Source of the DNA: Candidatus Latescibacterota bacterium
GTDB taxonomy: Bacteria > Latescibacterota > UBA2968
Length of the DNA: 64,000 bases
Reading direction: 5' to 3'
NCBI GenBank assembly: GCA_965204745.1
Contig: OZ242010.1
Coordinates: forward strand, 96,001-160,000
The notes beneath the pieces were generated by a model. The model was given only the letters and a program-made list of their open reading frames with translations, was not told the DNA's origin and did no database searches. This document shows, piece by piece, positions 26,906 to 37,040 of the stretch; within the stretch, counting starts at the first letter, position 1; every line of letters begins with the position of its first letter. The position numbers and the translations under genes were made by a program.

Positions 26906-27420
26906 CGCGCCCCAAAATTACCGTTCTCTGCGAAGACAAACAGCACGAATCGTTTATCCGCAGGTTTCTCAAAAAACGCAATCGGCAGATATACGCTGTG
27001 TGCAGGCCGAAAGCCAGTTCGGGTGCAGGCGATCAATTTGTTCGGGATCATTATCCGATCTATTTAGACGCTATTCGCAAACGCGGCGGCGTTCTCGTGG
27101 CGATGATCGATGGCGACAATTACAGCATGGCGCAACGCCTGGAACAACTAGATGAAGCTTGTCGTCAAGAGGACATTTTACCGCGTACACGTAGCGATAA
27201 AGTCGCCATCTTCATTCCCCAGCGCAACATCGAAACTTGGCTTGCCTATCTAGATGGCAAGATCGTGAACGAGACGGCCTCATATCCCCGCCTCGAACGG
27301 GAGCGAGAATGCCGGAAGCACGTTGACGTGCTCGAGCAGATGTGTGCAACGGGAAAATTGCGAACCCCCGTGCCAGCATCGTTGGAAGTAGCCTGCCGTG
27401 AATACCATAACGCCTTTTGA
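26902..27420 (+). CDS. Small TOPRIM-like protein, partner of the upstream ATPase (172 aa)
   Basis: ATGA coupling; VLCED, MIDGD (DxD), RNIETWL acidic motifs. Confidence 0.7.
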   Translation: MTRPKITVLCEDKQHESFIRRFLKKRNRQIYAVCRPKASSGAGDQFVRDHYPIYLDAIRKRGGVLVAMIDGDNYSMAQRLEQLDEACRQEDILPRTRSDKVAIFIPQRNIETWLAYLDGKIVNETASYPRLERERECRKHVDVLEQMCATGKLRTPVPASLEVACREYHNAF

Positions 27421-27875
27421 TTTTTTGCACGCCGCTCTGCACGCTTGATGGGGCAACACCTCATTAAACCTTTCTCCCAATATACAAGGGGAGAAGGCCG
27501 CGCCGCCTAACCGCCTAAAACCGAGACGCGAGATCGTAGGGGCGGTGCCCGCGTGCTCGTTCAAAGATACAAGAGGCAACCGCAGGCATGGCATGGCCCT
27601 GCGCGATGTAAGCGGGGATGAACGCGGATGATGAACACAGAGCAAAAAAAAATAATTTGCATGGGGTATATTTTTTTTTATATTACAGCGAATTTTTGGT
27701 AACAATTTTGAAACAAATTTTCAATTTGCAACGTCTCGATGGCCTGTTTTGAGCGGTATGTTTCAGTTGTGATAACGACACAAAAGGAGGTGAGGACATA
27801 GCGTAGCAATTTGTTTTTCGTCGTATTTCGAGGAGTTGTTCGTATTTTTCGCATCGTGCGAAAGGAGGTATCACT

Positions 27876-28649
27876 TTGAGATGGTTTAAGGTTTTAGGTT
27901 TTGTCGTCGCGTGTGTGTTGGCCTCGGCGAGCATGTCACAGGCGCAGGTGGCTGGCAAGTGGGGTTTGGGTGGTTTTGTCAGTTACACGAACCCCGTGTT
28001 TGCCTTTGGGCAACGGTTTGGTGGGGGCGTGGATAAATGGGGTGTGACTGCCAGCTATGTGAGCAGTTCTCGCATGACTGTTGAAGCCGAATATCACCAC
28101 GCTCGGATGGGCGGTGGCATCTTGGAAAGCGGTGAGTTCACTTGGTCGCCCAAGGCTTTGACCGACCATCAGTATCGAAGCAAAGATATCAACCCGAACA
28201 GTTCGTACACGAATCGGTTTAACAGTGTGCTGTTGTCCGGGTTGTGGTTTTTTAATGCGGACCGTTCGATGGATGAGGGCAGTTTTTCGCCCTATATCAT
28301 CGCGGGCGGTGGGCTTTACGACCACAAGACTGTCGCGGAAAATATCGTGTGGCCAGGGCAAAGTCCAAACGATGCTAAAGGTGTGGATGAGACCAATGTG
28401 GATGCCCAAGGCGATATCTTGCCTCAAGTTGTGCTAGATCGCCAAGAAGACACGCGCACGGCTGTGACTGCGGTTTTGGGGGTGGGGTTGGAGGCGCATT
28501 TGACGCAAACGATAGCAATGGATGTGCGTGCGCGGTATCATTTCATCCTCGGCGAACTTCGGCCCTACGATGCGTGGGAGTTGCCCAAGGCGTTTCCGCT
28601 TCAGATGTTCGATTTGAGCGCCGGGTTCAAATTTTACTTTTGGGACTAA
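27876..28649 (+). CDS. Outer-membrane beta-barrel protein (OmpA-like TM domain)
   Basis: SD AGGAGG + TTG start, signal peptide, SPYIIAGGG, aromatic C-terminus GFKFYFWD. Confidence 0.75.
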   Translation: MRWFKVLGFVVACVLASASMSQAQVAGKWGLGGFVSYTNPVFAFGQRFGGGVDKWGVTASYVSSSRMTVEAEYHHARMGGGILESGEFTWSPKALTDHQYRSKDINPNSSYTNRFNSVLLSGLWFFNADRSMDEGSFSPYIIAGGGLYDHKTVAENIVWPGQSPNDAKGVDETNVDAQGDILPQVVLDRQEDTRTAVTAVLGVGLEAHLTQTIAMDVRARYHFILGELRPYDAWELPKAFPLQMFDLSAGFKFYFWD

Positions 28650-28664
28650 AGGAGGCATAAGTTG

Positions 28665-31600
28665 ATGGGCAATATTTTGAAAACGTTTTCCATGTTCGCG
28701 CTGTCCTTGCTCGTTTTTGCAGGTGTTTGTGATGCGGCGACGACGGGTAAGATGCAGGGCACAGTGCGCGATGCCCAATCGGGCGAGGCCCTGCCGGGTG
28801 CTAACGTGGTGATCGATGGCACACAGCGCGGCGCAGTCACCGATGCCAATGGGTTTTTCGTGATCTTGCTGGTGGAGCCTGGCACGTATTCGATGACCGG
28901 GTCCATGGTGGGTTATGACGCACAGCGCCAGACCGACATCAGGGTTCAGAGCGACTTGACGACGACGGTTGATTTCCAGATTCGAGAGAAGACGCTGGAA
29001 TTGGGTGAAATCACGGTGATCGCAGAGCGCCCTCCGGTCGAGCCGGATAAGACCACGAGCAAGTACATCATGAGCGCGGAGGATTTGGAGTCCGTGCCCA
29101 TCGTGCGCGATATGGGCGAGTTCATCGAGCTTCAGGCGGGCGTTTCCATTGATGCCGAAGGCGATGAGATCATGATCCGCGGCGGCGACCGCCAGGATGT
29201 GGCGTATGTGGTGGATGGCGTCCGCATTACGACGACCGACCACCGAGGCTCTCGCACGGGCATTGGGCGCAGTCTGAACAAGAGCGCGGTTCAAGAACTT
29301 CAGGTGATCACGGGCGGGTACAACGCCGAGTATGGCAATGCACAAGGCGGCGTGGTCTCGATGGTGACGCGCGATGGGGGTTCGTCCTACAATGGGATGC
29401 TGGACTATCAGTTCACACCCGCAGGCCAAAAGCACTGGGGCGCGAACGTGTACGAATCGCCCATGCATCGGGGCAACAACAACTGGAGTGATCCCGATTG
29501 GGTTTCGCAACAGGTCGAGATTCCAGCCGACTTGGATGGCGATGGCGCCAACGATATGGTTCAGGCGCACAAGCGGTTGGACTACACGGGGCAAATGGGT
29601 CATCGCGTCGACGCCAATCTCGCGGGGCCTTTGAACCGTGACATCACGTTTTTTGCCAGCACGATTTGGGAGAAGACCCCGTCTGCGCTGTTGAATTCGA
29701 ATTTGACGACGCCTCCGAATACGCGCAATACCGGGAAGTTGACGTTTGCCGCGTCTCCGAATTTGAAGTTGCGCGTTGGGGGGATTTACAATCGCCGGCA
29801 AAACACTTTTACAGGCCCAGACGAAGGCGGGCGGTTGAATTTGCGCGACAATGGTCGCAACATCTTTTTGCACATCGTGAATCCAACGGGCAATTATCGC
29901 GATACGGATGGGTTGTTTTACGGGACAGTGACGCACTCCTTGTCGCCAAAGACCTTTTACGAGGTGAACCTGTCCTACTCCACGACGACGCGCGACACGC
30001 TGGGCTTGCACGCTCATCCCGATATCGGCAATCCGAATTTGACCTCTTCGAGTGTGAGGGATGGGAGCGGTCACTTCACGATTTACCGCGAAGTGACCAA
30101 CTGGAGCCTGTATGGGTACAAGCGGATGGGCTTTAAGGCGGACCTGTCGAGTCAGGTGAATAAGCAGAACTTTGTGAAAGCCGGCATAGAAGTGATTCGC
30201 TACAACAACTGGTATCAGCAACGGTGGTCAAATGGGCCTACGAACCGCTATGTCCGCTGGTTTTCCAAGTCTTTTGATGAGTCGGCATTCTGGCCGAATC
30301 AGGAGAATGTGGGCCTCAATCCCATCGATTTTGGCGTTTATGTTCAGGACAAGATCGAGTTTGAAGGGATGATCTTGAACGCTGGTATCCGCGGCGAGGT
30401 CTTTTTCCAAAACACGATGATGAAAGATGTGGATGGGTGGTTTGGCTCTAAGGCGCCGTGGAATGGCATGACGCGCTCGGTTTGGGTTCCCGAAGTCAAG
30501 GGCAAAGCGATCAAGGCGTTTCAGCCTCGCATTGGCGTGTCGCATCCGATCACAGAGAAGAGCCTCCTGCGCTTTTTCTACGGTCGGTTTGTGCAACGTC
30601 CGCAATTCCACGAAATGTTCGAGAACGAGTACTCGTCCAATGAGGCCGTGGATAACGACCTGAATGGCAATGGCGTGATCGATCCCGCCGAACAGTACAA
30701 CGAGTACAATGATACGGGACGGCATGGCAACCGGTTCTTGCCGCCCGAGGAAACCACTTCTTTCGAGGTGGGGTTGGACTGGAACTTCGTGGGCGATTAC
30801 GTGCTCGGTTTGACGACCTATTACAAGGCGTCTGGCAATGAGACTAGGAGTGCTTCGCAACAGTGGTACGATCCGGAAACGCCTCAGTACGTGGCGACGG
30901 TTCGGGCTTACGCGCCCGGCAACTGGCGCGATGTGCGCGGTTTCGAGATCAATTTGCGGAAGAAATTCTCCAACATGTTCTCGTTCAATGTGGGGTATAA
31001 CCTGCAATGGGCAGATAGTGGGCGCAACAGCGCGCATCGCCGCGACGTGTGGCCGGATTCGCTCTTTGTCGCCAATGGCTATTACATGCTGAGGTGGACG
31101 TCGGATAATTCGGGCGCAGAGATGCCCGTGCCCTTGTCAGATGAGGAGCGCGTCACCTTAGGCGAAAGGGCGGATAATCACTTGCAGTCCCGGCACCGCA
31201 ATGTGGTGGAGTTCACGGGTACGGGCAGTGCTTGGTCGTGGATTCCGTGGTATTCGCACTATGCGAACCAGGGTGCCCGATATGTCGCAGGTCAGGAGCC
31301 GACAAACTTGGGTGAATACGACGACGCAGATCGGGAATACTGGGAGAATGCGGCCCGCCACATCAACGACTTGGCGGGGTATCAAATGGTAAGTGGCGAA
31401 GGCACATTGATGGTGGCGCACAATCAGGAATCGGGCGAACGCGCGCCGCTGACCGCCGACCGCCGCAGTTTTGGTTCTATCTCGTTCCTGTTTGCCACGC
31501 CTTCGAACTACGGGCCCTTTGGCGGCAAAGCCGTAGGCAATTTGCGGGCGAACTTGGTGTATCGCCTGTACACGGGTTCTCGGTTCACGTATAGCACGGG

Positions 31601-31937
31601 TGGGATTCAGGGCTTCCGGTATGGCCCGATCCACACGCGCGCAGACTTCAATGCCGAGAAGGTGTTTGGCAATACGTCTGGCGTGAACGTCACCTTGGCT
31701 GTCGAGGTGTACAATCTGTTCAACCAGAAGGATACGCGTTCGACACATATCAACAATGAGTCCACATTGCCAATTGATTTCGAATCGGATCGCTATCAAA
31801 AGTATGGCATCTTGGGCTTAGAACCCACCAATCCCGATATTCTGGCCCTCGATCTGGTCAATCCAGAGACGAGCGATATCACCAATTATTGGGATTCTCC
31901 GCGCGAGATGAATTTCAGCTTGCGTATCAAGTGGTAG
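28665..31937 (+). CDS. TonB-dependent receptor with N-terminal carboxypeptidase-regulatory-like domain
   Basis: GTVRDAQSGEALPGANV, IRGG...YVVDG, ITGGYNAEYG plug, VYNLFN, C-terminal W. Confidence 0.92.
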   Translation: MGNILKTFSMFALSLLVFAGVCDAATTGKMQGTVRDAQSGEALPGANVVIDGTQRGAVTDANGFFVILLVEPGTYSMTGSMVGYDAQRQTDIRVQSDLTTTVDFQIREKTLELGEITVIAERPPVEPDKTTSKYIMSAEDLESVPIVRDMGEFIELQAGVSIDAEGDEIMIRGGDRQDVAYVVDGVRITTTDHRGSRTGIGRSLNKSAVQELQVITGGYNAEYGNAQGGVVSMVTRDGGSSYNGMLDYQFTPAGQKHWGANVYESPMHRGNNNWSDPDWVSQQVEIPADLDGDGANDMVQAHKRLDYTGQMGHRVDANLAGPLNRDITFFASTIWEKTPSALLNSNLTTPPNTRNTGKLTFAASPNLKLRVGGIYNRRQNTFTGPDEGGRLNLRDNGRNIFLHIVNPTGNYRDTDGLFYGTVTHSLSPKTFYEVNLSYSTTTRDTLGLHAHPDIGNPNLTSSSVRDGSGHFTIYREVTNWSLYGYKRMGFKADLSSQVNKQNFVKAGIEVIRYNNWYQQRWSNGPTNRYVRWFSKSFDESAFWPNQENVGLNPIDFGVYVQDKIEFEGMILNAGIRGEVFFQNTMMKDVDGWFGSKAPWNGMTRSVWVPEVKGKAIKAFQPRIGVSHPITEKSLLRFFYGRFVQRPQFHEMFENEYSSNEAVDNDLNGNGVIDPAEQYNEYNDTGRHGNRFLPPEETTSFEVGLDWNFVGDYVLGLTTYYKASGNETRSASQQWYDPETPQYVATVRAYAPGNWRDVRGFEINLRKKFSNMFSFNVGYNLQWADSGRNSAHRRDVWPDSLFVANGYYMLRWTSDNSGAEMPVPLSDEERVTLGERADNHLQSRHRNVVEFTGTGSAWSWIPWYSHYANQGARYVAGQEPTNLGEYDDADREYWENAARHINDLAGYQMVSGEGTLMVAHNQESGERAPLTADRRSFGSISFLFATPSNYGPFGGKAVGNLRANLVYRLYTGSRFTYSTGGIQGFRYGPIHTRADFNAEKVFGNTSGVNVTLAVEVYNLFNQKDTRSTHINNESTLPIDFESDRYQKYGILGLEPTNPDILALDLVNPETSDITNYWDSPREMNFSLRIKW

Positions 31938-31945
31938 ATTATCAC

Positions 31946-31980
31946 AGAAGGGCGCGGCACTCGTTTCGCGCCCTTCTCTT
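31946..31980 (+). terminator. Hairpin after the TonB receptor
   Basis: AGAAGGGCGCG / CGCGCCCTTCT stem. Confidence 0.6.
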
Positions 31981-32193
31981 ACAAAAAAAACGGGAACTTC
32001 TGATTTCAAACAGTTGTCTATGTTGTAACAGAAGCTAACTAGCTAAGTGGAGAAACAGGGGCGCCTGTTCGCCACCGGCTTCACGCAGGGAAAGGAGGGA
32101 TGATCGATATTTCGCTTGAAGTCGCCGGGGAAACGCAAGTAGATCGCAAGCAGTAGAGGTGTTATCAACCACTCCATAGAGGAGTAGCTATCC

Positions 32194-34851
32194 ATGTCCA
32201 AAAAGCTCTATTTTTTCGTCTCCGGATTTTTCGCCGGAGTTGGCATGTTGCTGGCGGGTCTGGTGACACAGGCTCAGGCCCAGTGGGGCAACAATGCCAG
32301 AATTTCGATGTCTCGCGGTCAGATCGGTCACTCGATCCACAACCCGGGCATGTCGGGCAAGAAAGACAACGAGACAAAACTCGCACAGTCTTCGTTTTCG
32401 TATCCGCAGGGTCGCAATATCAAAGTGTATTCGGGCGGCTCTGAGCGCGAAGGCTGGAATGCCAAGTCGAATACAGGTGGTGAAGGTTTTTGGGTGCTTT
32501 CCAACACGGGCGGCGCGGCACACGGCACGTACGCAGGAGCGCGTGTTCTGTCTTCCGATCTGGTCAATCGCGCCCACGATATGACCAAGATGCCCGAAGC
32601 CTATTTGGGCGTTTTGGAAGACGGGGAATGGGCAATGGCGATTCGCCGGAACAGCGGTGCGGACGCGCCCAATATCGCGGGTTCAACAGTTGCAGATAGA
32701 AAGACCAACTGGTGGCCGAATGCCCATGGCATCGCCAATCCAACACCTGCAAACAACATCGCGGTTGTGGTGTGGAATTTCCGCTTTGGTCGGTACAACA
32801 GCGGCGAGACGTATGCAGACCGCATTGGCTCTGGGGATCTGCCGCAGTACAGCGCGCCTTCTTGGGTCGAAGCCCTTTCTGAAGACGATTTTCCCGAGAT
32901 GATCGGGATTCAAGAGGGTGGTTCTTCCGCCACGGGGTTGGAGTGGACGCGCAAGTGGTATTCCACGGCGCATCCGGCTCACGATGAGTATTTCATCGTC
33001 GACAACGAAGTGGTCAACAACTCCGGGGCAGCGGTTGAAGGGATTTATATCACGTTCCAGAATCGCTTCCACGCGGGTCAGGCATCTGGCTGGCGGCAGA
33101 CCTCTTGGAACCATCCGCGCGACTACACGCGCGATGACTATTATCGCAACACACTGGCTGCGAATTACATGGATGGGGTCAGCCGCGCCGATTATGTGGG
33201 TGCGCTGGGCAAATCCGTTGGGTTGCAGCGCGGTGTGGATTTGGCGAACGACGGTCATTTTATGACCTATTACCACGATGGCGATTCGGATCACATCACC
33301 AATTTGATCAATGACATCGGCGACCCCTATCGCTATGAAATCGCCCGCGAGCGATATACCCGCGAGCAGACGTGGGTGCGCGAGGGGATGATTCAGCACG
33401 GCCAGTATTTTGGCTTGGGCACAGTGGATGCGATGCCGCCGTTTATGCGCTATGGCGGCGTGGATGACGAGATGTATGTGGCCCCGCACGACAATCCGGC
33501 CACGGCCCACGACGAGAGCATGCAACAACCCGCTTCGGTGCTCTTCCACGAGTATCGCTCCAAGGGCGACTTCGACTATCCCTCGCCTGACCGGGCCAGC
33601 GACGCATTGATTTACGACTCGGTTGCCAATGGAGGCTACACGGCTGAAAACGACGAGCCAGGCCATTACTCAACGCTGGTTTCCTACGGGCCTTACAACT
33701 TGGCGCCGGGTGAAAAAGCCAAAGTGGTAATCGCGTATGTGGCGGGTTTGGCAGCAGATCACACCAAGTATGACGACTACAAGAAATACGCGATGCCCTT
33801 CAACTTGGGCTGGATGAACCACTACGGCGGTTTGGGGCAATCCGCGACGAGTTTGGCGGATCGCCGGCCGGAAATTCCGCTGGGCGAAGATGTGCTGTTC
33901 GATCACTTTGAAAGAGCGATTCAGTGGTACAATTGGGGGTATGACCTTCCCAATCAACCGCCGAATACCAAGGTGGCTTGGGATTCCAACCTTCAGGGCA
34001 AGACGCAGATTCGGTGGAGTGTTTTCGGCGAAACAGCGATGGATCCCGACTATTCTGGCGCCGAAGCGCAGGACTTGCGCGGGTATCGCGTTTATCGCTC
34101 GAATGTGGAATTTCAGGGCGAATGGGAATACGTGACCGAGTTTTCGTTTGAAGATGCCCGTTCTGGCAACTTGCCTACGGGTATCACGTTTGATCCTTCT
34201 CGCACTTGGTCAACAGTGAAGAGCGGCAGTTGGCCTACGGGTATTCCGCTGACCACCAACCAGTACGTCACTGCTGGCGATCATGGCACGCCCAATCCCG
34301 AGGCTGGCCCTGAAATTTCCGGCACGTATCTTTTTGACGACAATGCCACCAATGCGGGCTTCCCCAACTGGTACAGCGTGCGGATGTACGATTCTGGTCA
34401 CGGCGATTGGAATGGCACGGGAAGTGTCCCGGTCTTGGAAGCCTCACAGAGCACCTCTTTGGGTTCTGTTTATGGCTCCCGCACGGGCATCGTGCCCGTC
34501 GTTCCGGGCGCAGCGGTTTTTGATCGCCTTGAAGAACAAGTTCGCGTCGTTCCCAATCCCTTCAAGGCCGACAGCGATCTGAATACGTACAACCGGCAAC
34601 AGAATATGCGTTTCACCAATCTGCCGGGTCGTTGCCAGATCGATCTGTACGACGTGACGGGTCAGCGCATCTGGACGTTCTACAACAACGATCCGCTGAA
34701 GGGCGAAGTGACGTATATCCAACTCGCCGAGAACCGCCCCTCCAACTTCGGTGAGGCGATGTTCCCGGGCATTTACTTTTGGAAAGTCACGTCATTGATG
34801 CCGGGTTCGGAAGGCAAAACGCAGAGTGGCACCTTCCTGGTCATCAAGTAA
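32194..34851 (+). CDS. Large secreted protein with T9SS-CTD-like C-terminal domain
   Basis: Signal peptide; GYRVYRS Fn3-like segment; C-terminal VRVVPNPF...FTNLP...LYDVTGQ...PGIYFWKV. Confidence 0.75.
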   Translation: MSKKLYFFVSGFFAGVGMLLAGLVTQAQAQWGNNARISMSRGQIGHSIHNPGMSGKKDNETKLAQSSFSYPQGRNIKVYSGGSEREGWNAKSNTGGEGFWVLSNTGGAAHGTYAGARVLSSDLVNRAHDMTKMPEAYLGVLEDGEWAMAIRRNSGADAPNIAGSTVADRKTNWWPNAHGIANPTPANNIAVVVWNFRFGRYNSGETYADRIGSGDLPQYSAPSWVEALSEDDFPEMIGIQEGGSSATGLEWTRKWYSTAHPAHDEYFIVDNEVVNNSGAAVEGIYITFQNRFHAGQASGWRQTSWNHPRDYTRDDYYRNTLAANYMDGVSRADYVGALGKSVGLQRGVDLANDGHFMTYYHDGDSDHITNLINDIGDPYRYEIARERYTREQTWVREGMIQHGQYFGLGTVDAMPPFMRYGGVDDEMYVAPHDNPATAHDESMQQPASVLFHEYRSKGDFDYPSPDRASDALIYDSVANGGYTAENDEPGHYSTLVSYGPYNLAPGEKAKVVIAYVAGLAADHTKYDDYKKYAMPFNLGWMNHYGGLGQSATSLADRRPEIPLGEDVLFDHFERAIQWYNWGYDLPNQPPNTKVAWDSNLQGKTQIRWSVFGETAMDPDYSGAEAQDLRGYRVYRSNVEFQGEWEYVTEFSFEDARSGNLPTGITFDPSRTWSTVKSGSWPTGIPLTTNQYVTAGDHGTPNPEAGPEISGTYLFDDNATNAGFPNWYSVRMYDSGHGDWNGTGSVPVLEASQSTSLGSVYGSRTGIVPVVPGAAVFDRLEEQVRVVPNPFKADSDLNTYNRQQNMRFTNLPGRCQIDLYDVTGQRIWTFYNNDPLKGEVTYIQLAENRPSNFGEAMFPGIYFWKVTSLMPGSEGKTQSGTFLVIK

Positions 34852-34887
34852 GGCGCGATGCGTCAGACACAAAAAAGGAGAAAGACA

Positions 34888-35904
34888 ATGTTGAAGAAAG
34901 CACTGCTCTTCGGTCTGGTTGTCGCGCTTGCCCTGCCGATGTATGCACAGGCTCAGGAAGTGCGTCCGACCCTCGATGAATTGGGCCCTTTTCCAACGGA
35001 TAGGACGCGCGTTCCTCCGGAAACGGATTTGATTAAGTACGCGCGTATCAGCACGACCTCTTATGGCTTTTTGAAGTTGACGACCAATGCGCGTTCTGCG
35101 GCGATGGGCGATGCGTATTCGTCTGTCGGCAATGATCTGTCGGCGGTTTTTTACAATCCCGCTGGCATCACGCAGATCGAGCGTTACGCGCTGACCGCGT
35201 CCTATCTCAAGTGGATTGTGGGGTCTCAGATGGGCACGTTTGCCATTGGTGCCAAAACCAATGTGGCGACGTTTGCGGTCAACTTTGCGTATTTTTCCAC
35301 CGAGGAATTTGAAGAGACCACGTCCTCTCAGCCTGGCGGCTCTGGGCGCATGGTTAAAGCTGGCAACTTGGCCGCGGGTTTGACCATTGCCAAGCAAGTC
35401 ACGGATAAGTTGTCCGTGGGTGGCAACCTCCGCTGGATTCAAGAAGACCTGGATTTGCAGTCGTATTCGGCTGTTGACATGGATTTTGGCACGCTGTTTT
35501 ACACGGGGTTTTACTCCACGCGCTTAGGGATGTCGTTCCGCAACTTGGGTAATGACAAGGATGTGATCGGCCAGAAAGCGCGTTTCCCGATGGTGTTCAA
35601 CCTGTCGGGTGCGGCTGAAGTCTATGGCAACTTGGGCGATCCCCTGTCGATTACGTTGGCGGTGGAACAGATGTTCTTCACGGATGGGGTCAACCACTAC
35701 CACTTTGGCGCCGAGGCATGGGTTCAGAACATGTTGGCGTTGCGCGGTGGTTACAAGACGGGTTATGACTCCGAGTCGTGGACTCTGGGTGCGGGCCTGC
35801 GCCAGAAGTTGGGCGATCAGGCTGTGAGTGTGGATTTCTCGTTTTCAAAAGCCGAAGCACTCGACGAGTATCCCATTCGCGTCTCCGTTGGACTCGGTTT
35901 CTAA
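34888..35904 (+). CDS. PorV/PorQ (UPF0164) family outer-membrane protein
   Basis: FLKL...ARSAAMGDAY...AVFYNPAG; C-terminal F; SD AAGGAG. Confidence 0.85.
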   Translation: MLKKALLFGLVVALALPMYAQAQEVRPTLDELGPFPTDRTRVPPETDLIKYARISTTSYGFLKLTTNARSAAMGDAYSSVGNDLSAVFYNPAGITQIERYALTASYLKWIVGSQMGTFAIGAKTNVATFAVNFAYFSTEEFEETTSSQPGGSGRMVKAGNLAAGLTIAKQVTDKLSVGGNLRWIQEDLDLQSYSAVDMDFGTLFYTGFYSTRLGMSFRNLGNDKDVIGQKARFPMVFNLSGAAEVYGNLGDPLSITLAVEQMFFTDGVNHYHFGAEAWVQNMLALRGGYKTGYDSESWTLGAGLRQKLGDQAVSVDFSFSKAEALDEYPIRVSVGLGF

Positions 35905-35925
35905 CGAAGTCCCACATTGCATCAC

Positions 35926-35960
35926 AAAAGGCTACGGTCGAAAGATCGTAGCCTTTTTTT
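35926..35960 (+). terminator. Rho-independent terminator of the OM operon
   Basis: AAAAGGCTACGGTC-GAAA-GATCGTAGCCTTTT plus T-run. Confidence 0.85.
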
Positions 35961-36172
35961 ATCGCGGATTAAACGGATTGCGCGGATTGGGCATCGTAGA
36001 TAGGGCAAAGGATGTAGCGGGCACAGACGCCGCAAGTAGGGTAGCGACCACAGATTGGGATTGGAGGTTGAGTGAAGGATGCTACGGGTACGAAGGACAC
36101 AGCGGTTGTGGAGAGTGGATAGGTTTTTAATCCGCGCAATCCCTAAATCCGCGCCAATCCGCGATTCAGACA
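35961..36172. repeat. Inverted CGGATT/AATCCG-type intergenic element
   Basis: ATCGCGGATTAAACGGATTGCGCGGATT ... AATCCGCGCAATCC...AATCCGCGATTCAGACA; the right arm recurs near 60318-60360. Confidence 0.7.
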
Positions 36173-36242
36173 AATGACGAGGAAGATTGTCCTGTCTGTG
36201 AACATTGCTCCCTTTCCTGTCAGGAAGGGGCCGGGGGTAGGT

Positions 36243-36647
36243 TTATACCTCGAATTTTGTGCCCACCTCGTCTTTGTGCTCGTTGGCGATGACGTAAAAG
36301 ACCAAGGCCTTGGTCGCGCTGCTGTTTCGGATGCGATGGCGCGTGCCGGCCGGTTGCATCAAGCAATCGCCGACAACGGCTTCCACGGTCTCGCCCTCGC
36401 GTTGCACTATCGCCTTGCCGGACACGATGATGAAAAATTCCCACTGATGGCTGTGTGCGTGAACAGGACACGGACGCGCGCCCGGGGGCACGCGGGTCAA
36501 TTCCACGTCAAAGGGATGGGGATTGTCTTTGGTGTTGCCCAGTGCCACGGAGATGTGCTGGCGATGGCGTTCATAAGTGTTGTCCTGCCATTGCCATTGC
36601 TGATATTCCACCGGCACATCTTTGAGGTTGATTTTCCAGATCGACAT
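36243..36647 (-). CDS. Cupin-domain protein
   Basis: PVHAHSHQWEFFIIVSG and PAGTRHRIRN cupin motifs. Confidence 0.85.
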   Translation of the reverse strand: MSIWKINLKDVPVEYQQWQWQDNTYERHRQHISVALGNTKDNPHPFDVELTRVPPGARPCPVHAHSHQWEFFIIVSGKAIVQREGETVEAVVGDCLMQPAGTRHRIRNSSATKALVFYVIANEHKDEVGTKFEV

Positions 36648-36701
36648 ATTTTTTCCTTTTTGGAAAGCGGTGGGAACTGATAGCTGACCGCTTGGGGATT
36701 A

Positions 36702-37040
36702 GGGACTGACCACTGACCACTGACCACTGACTACTTGAGAAGGATAGCGCGGCTACCTTCTCCCCTCTTGCATCTTTGGGCGAACACGGGAGTATCGCTC
36801 CTACATCTGCGCCCTCTGCATGATCTGCGAGCCGCCTTTGGGCGGCGATGGGCGGGGACTGACCACTGACCACTGACTACTTGAGAAGGATAGCGCGGCT
36901 ACCTTCTCCCCTCTGTATCTTTGGACGAGCACGAGGACGTCGCCCCTACATCTGCGCCCTCTGCATGATCTGCGAACCGCCTTTGGGCGGCGATGGGCGG
37001 GGACTGACTACTGACTACTGACCACTGACTACTGACTACT
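36702..37040. repeat. About 150-bp composite repeat x2 (heptamer tract + conserved linker + REP-like hairpin)
   Basis: CTACTTGAGAAGGATAGCGCGGCTACCTTCTCCCCTCT...CATCTGCGCCCTCTGCATGATCTGCGA...GGGCGGCGATGGGCGGGG is duplicated. Confidence 0.85.

Noticed and set aside
22837-27420. Integron cassette array explaining the stacked genes
   Set aside because: No integrase, and I could not find attC-like inverted cores in the intergenic gaps
27421-27875. Riboswitch or ncRNA upstream of the TonB operon (also checked 48482-48870)
   Set aside because: No cobalamin, TPP or other recognisable consensus by eye; an Rfam/Infernal scan would be needed to exclude one
32092-32156. Possible 18-aa peptide MIDISLEVAGETQVDRKQ between the TonB receptor and cargo gene
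   Set aside because: The SD-like AGGAGG is only 1 nt from the ATG; no other support
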